Positions 61,727 through 64,000 of a stretch of 64,000 nucleotides of DNA are shown piece by piece; positions within the stretch are counted from its first letter, which is position 1, and every line of letters begins with the position of its first letter. The DNA comes from Kiritimatiellia bacterium (GTDB lineage Bacteria > Verrucomicrobiota > Kiritimatiellia > RZYC01), in the NCBI GenBank assembly GCA_028708815.1, contig JAQVYB010000001.1, forward strand, positions 13,589 to 77,588. Reading direction: 5' to 3'. The position numbers and the translations under genes are program-made. The notes beneath the pieces are model-generated. The model did not search any database. It had not been told where the DNA came from and saw only the letters and a program-made list of their open reading frames with translations.

Positions 61727-62485
61727 TTATTGCCCGGTGAGTTGGTTCATGAGGCGTTGATAATGTTGAGTGGTTGGATGATTCGGGAAGCGGCAGACAA
61801 ACAGATCGTGGCTGGCCAGCAGCATCATCTCGTCGCTGTGCGGAATGGCGACCGCCGGCGGAATGCCGTAGGCCGCTTCGATGCGTTTGGAAAGTTCGTC
61901 GATATTTTGCGAGGGCGGAATTTTGTTGGCCAGCAGCAGAATGCGGGGCACTTCCAGCTCGCGCGCCACTTCGATGGTGATGCCGGTGCCCTGATAATCC
62001 TGATAATCCGGACGCATTACAATCACCAGGCTGTTGGAAAGGGCCAGCGAGAGGAGCGTTTCTTCGTTCAGGCCGGGATGCGTATCGATCAGCAGGTAAT
62101 CCAGTTTCAGGTGCGTGATCAGACTGCGAAAGCCTTCGCTCAGCAGGTTGATGTCGTACCCTTCCTGAATGATCCGGGCAATGTCGCCCGCATTGACGCT
62201 GGAGGGAATGAGAAAAATGCGACCGGTGGCGGCTGGTCCGAGCCGATCAGTGACGTCGTAGGCGGTCTCCTGGATTTCGCAGCGACCCCAGAGAAAATCA
62301 TTGAGCACGTGGGTGAAGGATTCCTCGTCCTTTCCGAAAATCACATGAATGCCCGGCGACTGAATATCCGTATCCACAATTCCGACGCGCTTCCCGCTCA
62401 GGGCCATCAGGGCGGCGAGGTTGGCCGTGGTGTTGGATTTCCCGGTACCCCCGCGAAACGAATGGACGGATATGATCTCGGGCAT
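61727..62485 (-). CDS. MinD/ParA-family P-loop ATPase
   Basis: Deviant Walker A SFRGGTGKSNTTANLA. Walker B-like LLIDTHPG. RBS AGGAAA upstream of MPEIISVH. The ORF-track start at 62548 is probably an extension. Confidence 0.8.
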   Translation of the reverse strand: MPEIISVHSFRGGTGKSNTTANLAALMALSGKRVGIVDTDIQSPGIHVIFGKDEESFTHVLNDFLWGRCEIQETAYDVTDRLGPAATGRIFLIPSSVNAGDIARIIQEGYDINLLSEGFRSLITHLKLDYLLIDTHPGLNEETLLSLALSNSLVIVMRPDYQDYQGTGITIEVARELEVPRILLLANKIPPSQNIDELSKRIEAAYGIPPAVAIPHSDEMMLLASHDLFVCRFPNHPTTQHYQRLMNQLTGQ

Positions 62486-62809
62486 AGAGCCGTTTCCTGC
62501 CTTCCTGTGTGAATGATCCTTGTTTACGGGTTTGATACTATAGCGCAAGGATCAGGTTGTACAGGAGGAAAGCGCCGTCCCAGTCATTGGACATAAGCTC
62601 GTAACAGAAGCCTCGATGCGCCGGGGACACCGAGCCTCTTTGGATTCGTAGCATTTGAGTGTTCCTGCACCCCGTCCGGGGCGCTTGAGTTCTTTTGTTT
62701 TCCTATTCCCGGGGTTATTCGCCCCCGGGCTGTATTCCCAGACCCCTCCGGGGTCATTCCTGGAATGTGTCTGGATGCCGCGGTTGGACGAGTAGACGAA
62801 TGCCGATGA

Positions 62810-64000
62810 TCAATTCGCCGGGTAAAGCAGCATGGCTTCGGCTTCTTTCGGCGTTTCGATGTGCGGTTTATATTTTTCCACTTCGTTATGAATCCGTGCC
62901 GCCAACTCTTCGTCATTCAGTTGCACAAGCAGTTCATCCAGTTCTTCGATGTTATAGGGCGGTTGGGCGTATAAAGCGATAAGTTTGAGTTCAAGTGCTT
63001 TTCTGTATACTTTGATAGTATTTCGAATACCTTCCTGACGATTGTTATATGCGGAGACTTCTTTTATCTCAATGTTTCCGTCATCTTTCAGATACATATT
63101 TGCATCTGGGGTCCAATTGTCATCTTGTAATGATAGCATTACATTCCAGGCTTTTACCCATTGTTCCACCTGAACCCTTCGAGATGAAAAGTCTTGGGAA
63201 CCAGAGGTAAGAGTGCTAATAGAATCACAGATGTTGATCGACGAACTATGATCAGTTTTGTCAAACATAAATCGTAGGTGGTCTTGTAAAAACCGTGATT
63301 CGTCGTCGGAACAGTCATATTCCTGATTCAGAGAGGTAGACCATGCTGATTCATTTACGATATTATTTTGAGAAGAAACCTTTTTCTTGAATCTATCGAA
63401 AAGGATTTCCCTGGTAGTTGGATCATAAATATAGGCCTTTGCTGGTATTTTATCCTTTGTAACGGTTACATTTCCAAAAGCGTCAGAGGTAAATATTTGC
63501 TGGGCGGTTCCAAGCAAATGAATATCTTTTCCGTTTACGGTGTAACAAACAGGAATATCAAGCTGAAGATATCCGATGCCATACTCCTTCGGAACAGTAT
63601 TCATTATAATCGCATCATCTTTACCTACGGCAACCGGGGTTTCATTAGCAACAGGAGCAGGCAACCACATCCAACCAGATGCTCCATGAGTGTTGGTTGC
63701 AAATTTTGTCCACAAGCCTGTTGCAAGCGAAGGCATACAATCAATTTCTCTGAAGGCGACATGTTCAAAAGAAACATCGAAAGGCGGTACGTAGTATTTT
63801 GTAGTAAGTGCGACGCTAGAGTATCCATATATATGCCCTACACCTTCTTTTGCGTCTTCCAGATAATAATTAGTGGGGGCTACAATAGTGAGCTCGTTAG
63901 AATAAACATAACCGTCATATTTCCCCAGTATACACATGGTGCCTTTTTCGGGAGGAGCAACAGCAGATGCTGTAGTGCCACGTGTATGGTAGTTACTGCC
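62810..64000 (-). CDS. Partial ORF (5' end beyond window) encoding a protein of unknown function in a low-GC segment
   Basis: The reading frame stays open to the window edge. GC about 40% against about 60% elsewhere. No recognisable domain. Confidence 0.5.
   Translation of the reverse strand, partial: GSNYHTRGTTASAVAPPEKGTMCILGKYDGYVYSNELTIVAPTNYYLEDAKEGVGHIYGYSSVALTTKYYVPPFDVSFEHVAFREIDCMPSLATGLWTKFATNTHGASGWMWLPAPVANETPVAVGKDDAIIMNTVPKEYGIGYLQLDIPVCYTVNGKDIHLLGTAQQIFTSDAFGNVTVTKDKIPAKAYIYDPTTREILFDRFKKKVSSQNNIVNESAWSTSLNQEYDCSDDESRFLQDHLRFMFDKTDHSSSINICDSISTLTSGSQDFSSRRVQVEQWVKAWNVMLSLQDDNWTPDANMYLKDDGNIEIKEVSAYNNRQEGIRNTIKVYRKALELKLIALYAQPPYNIEELDELLVQLNDEELAARIHNEVEKYKPHIETPKEAEAMLLYPAN

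Overview
This 64 kb window is a high-GC (about 60%) bacterial chromosomal segment. The gene content resembles a PVC-group or other polysaccharide-degrading Gram-negative organism. Coding density is high on both strands.

Main blocks:
(i) A secreted GH13 pullulanase/amylase, then thiD, comEC, a mixed-type 6-phosphofructokinase and a 1173-aa conserved protein of unknown function.
(ii) A single gene fusing a DUF262 (GmrSD N-terminal, ParB-like) domain to a Schlafen-like AlbA_2 domain, lying immediately upstream of tRNA-Leu(TAG). This is a candidate defence gene.
(iii) A type IV pilus / type II secretion-like locus at 12.9-25.2 kb. It has two near-identical tandem major pilins with a sigma-54 promoter, a PilR-like sigma-54 activator, PilC, PilB, an MshEN-like (T2SSE_N) protein, ExeA/ExeB-like GspA/GspB, two pseudopilins and a large pilus-associated protein.
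(iv) An Ldh_2 dehydrogenase and glpK. Downstream is an array of four 31-bp tandem repeats, each carrying the palindrome TTCCAATGATTGGAA, followed by an 11-C homopolymer tract and a strong sigma-70 promoter.
(v) The conserved nusA-infB-rbfA-truB-ribF-rpsO-pnp operon with terminator, followed by nth and tRNA-Thr(TGT).
(vi) A carbohydrate-active cluster: a GDE-type amylo-1,6-glucosidase, two secreted GH5 enzymes and another clan GH-A hydrolase.
(vii) MTAP, a PHP phosphatase, an RsbW/STAS partner-switching pair, clpB, and a 3'-truncated and frameshifted Sir2 gene.
(viii) A three-gene operon of a MinD/ParA-like ATPase, a polytopic HAMP-domain membrane protein and an 847-aa protein with no recognisable domains. 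I rate this as a candidate undescribed signalling or positioning module.
(ix) A sharp drop to about 40% GC at the 3' end, containing a partial ORF of unknown function.

The most novel candidates are (ii), (viii) and (ix).
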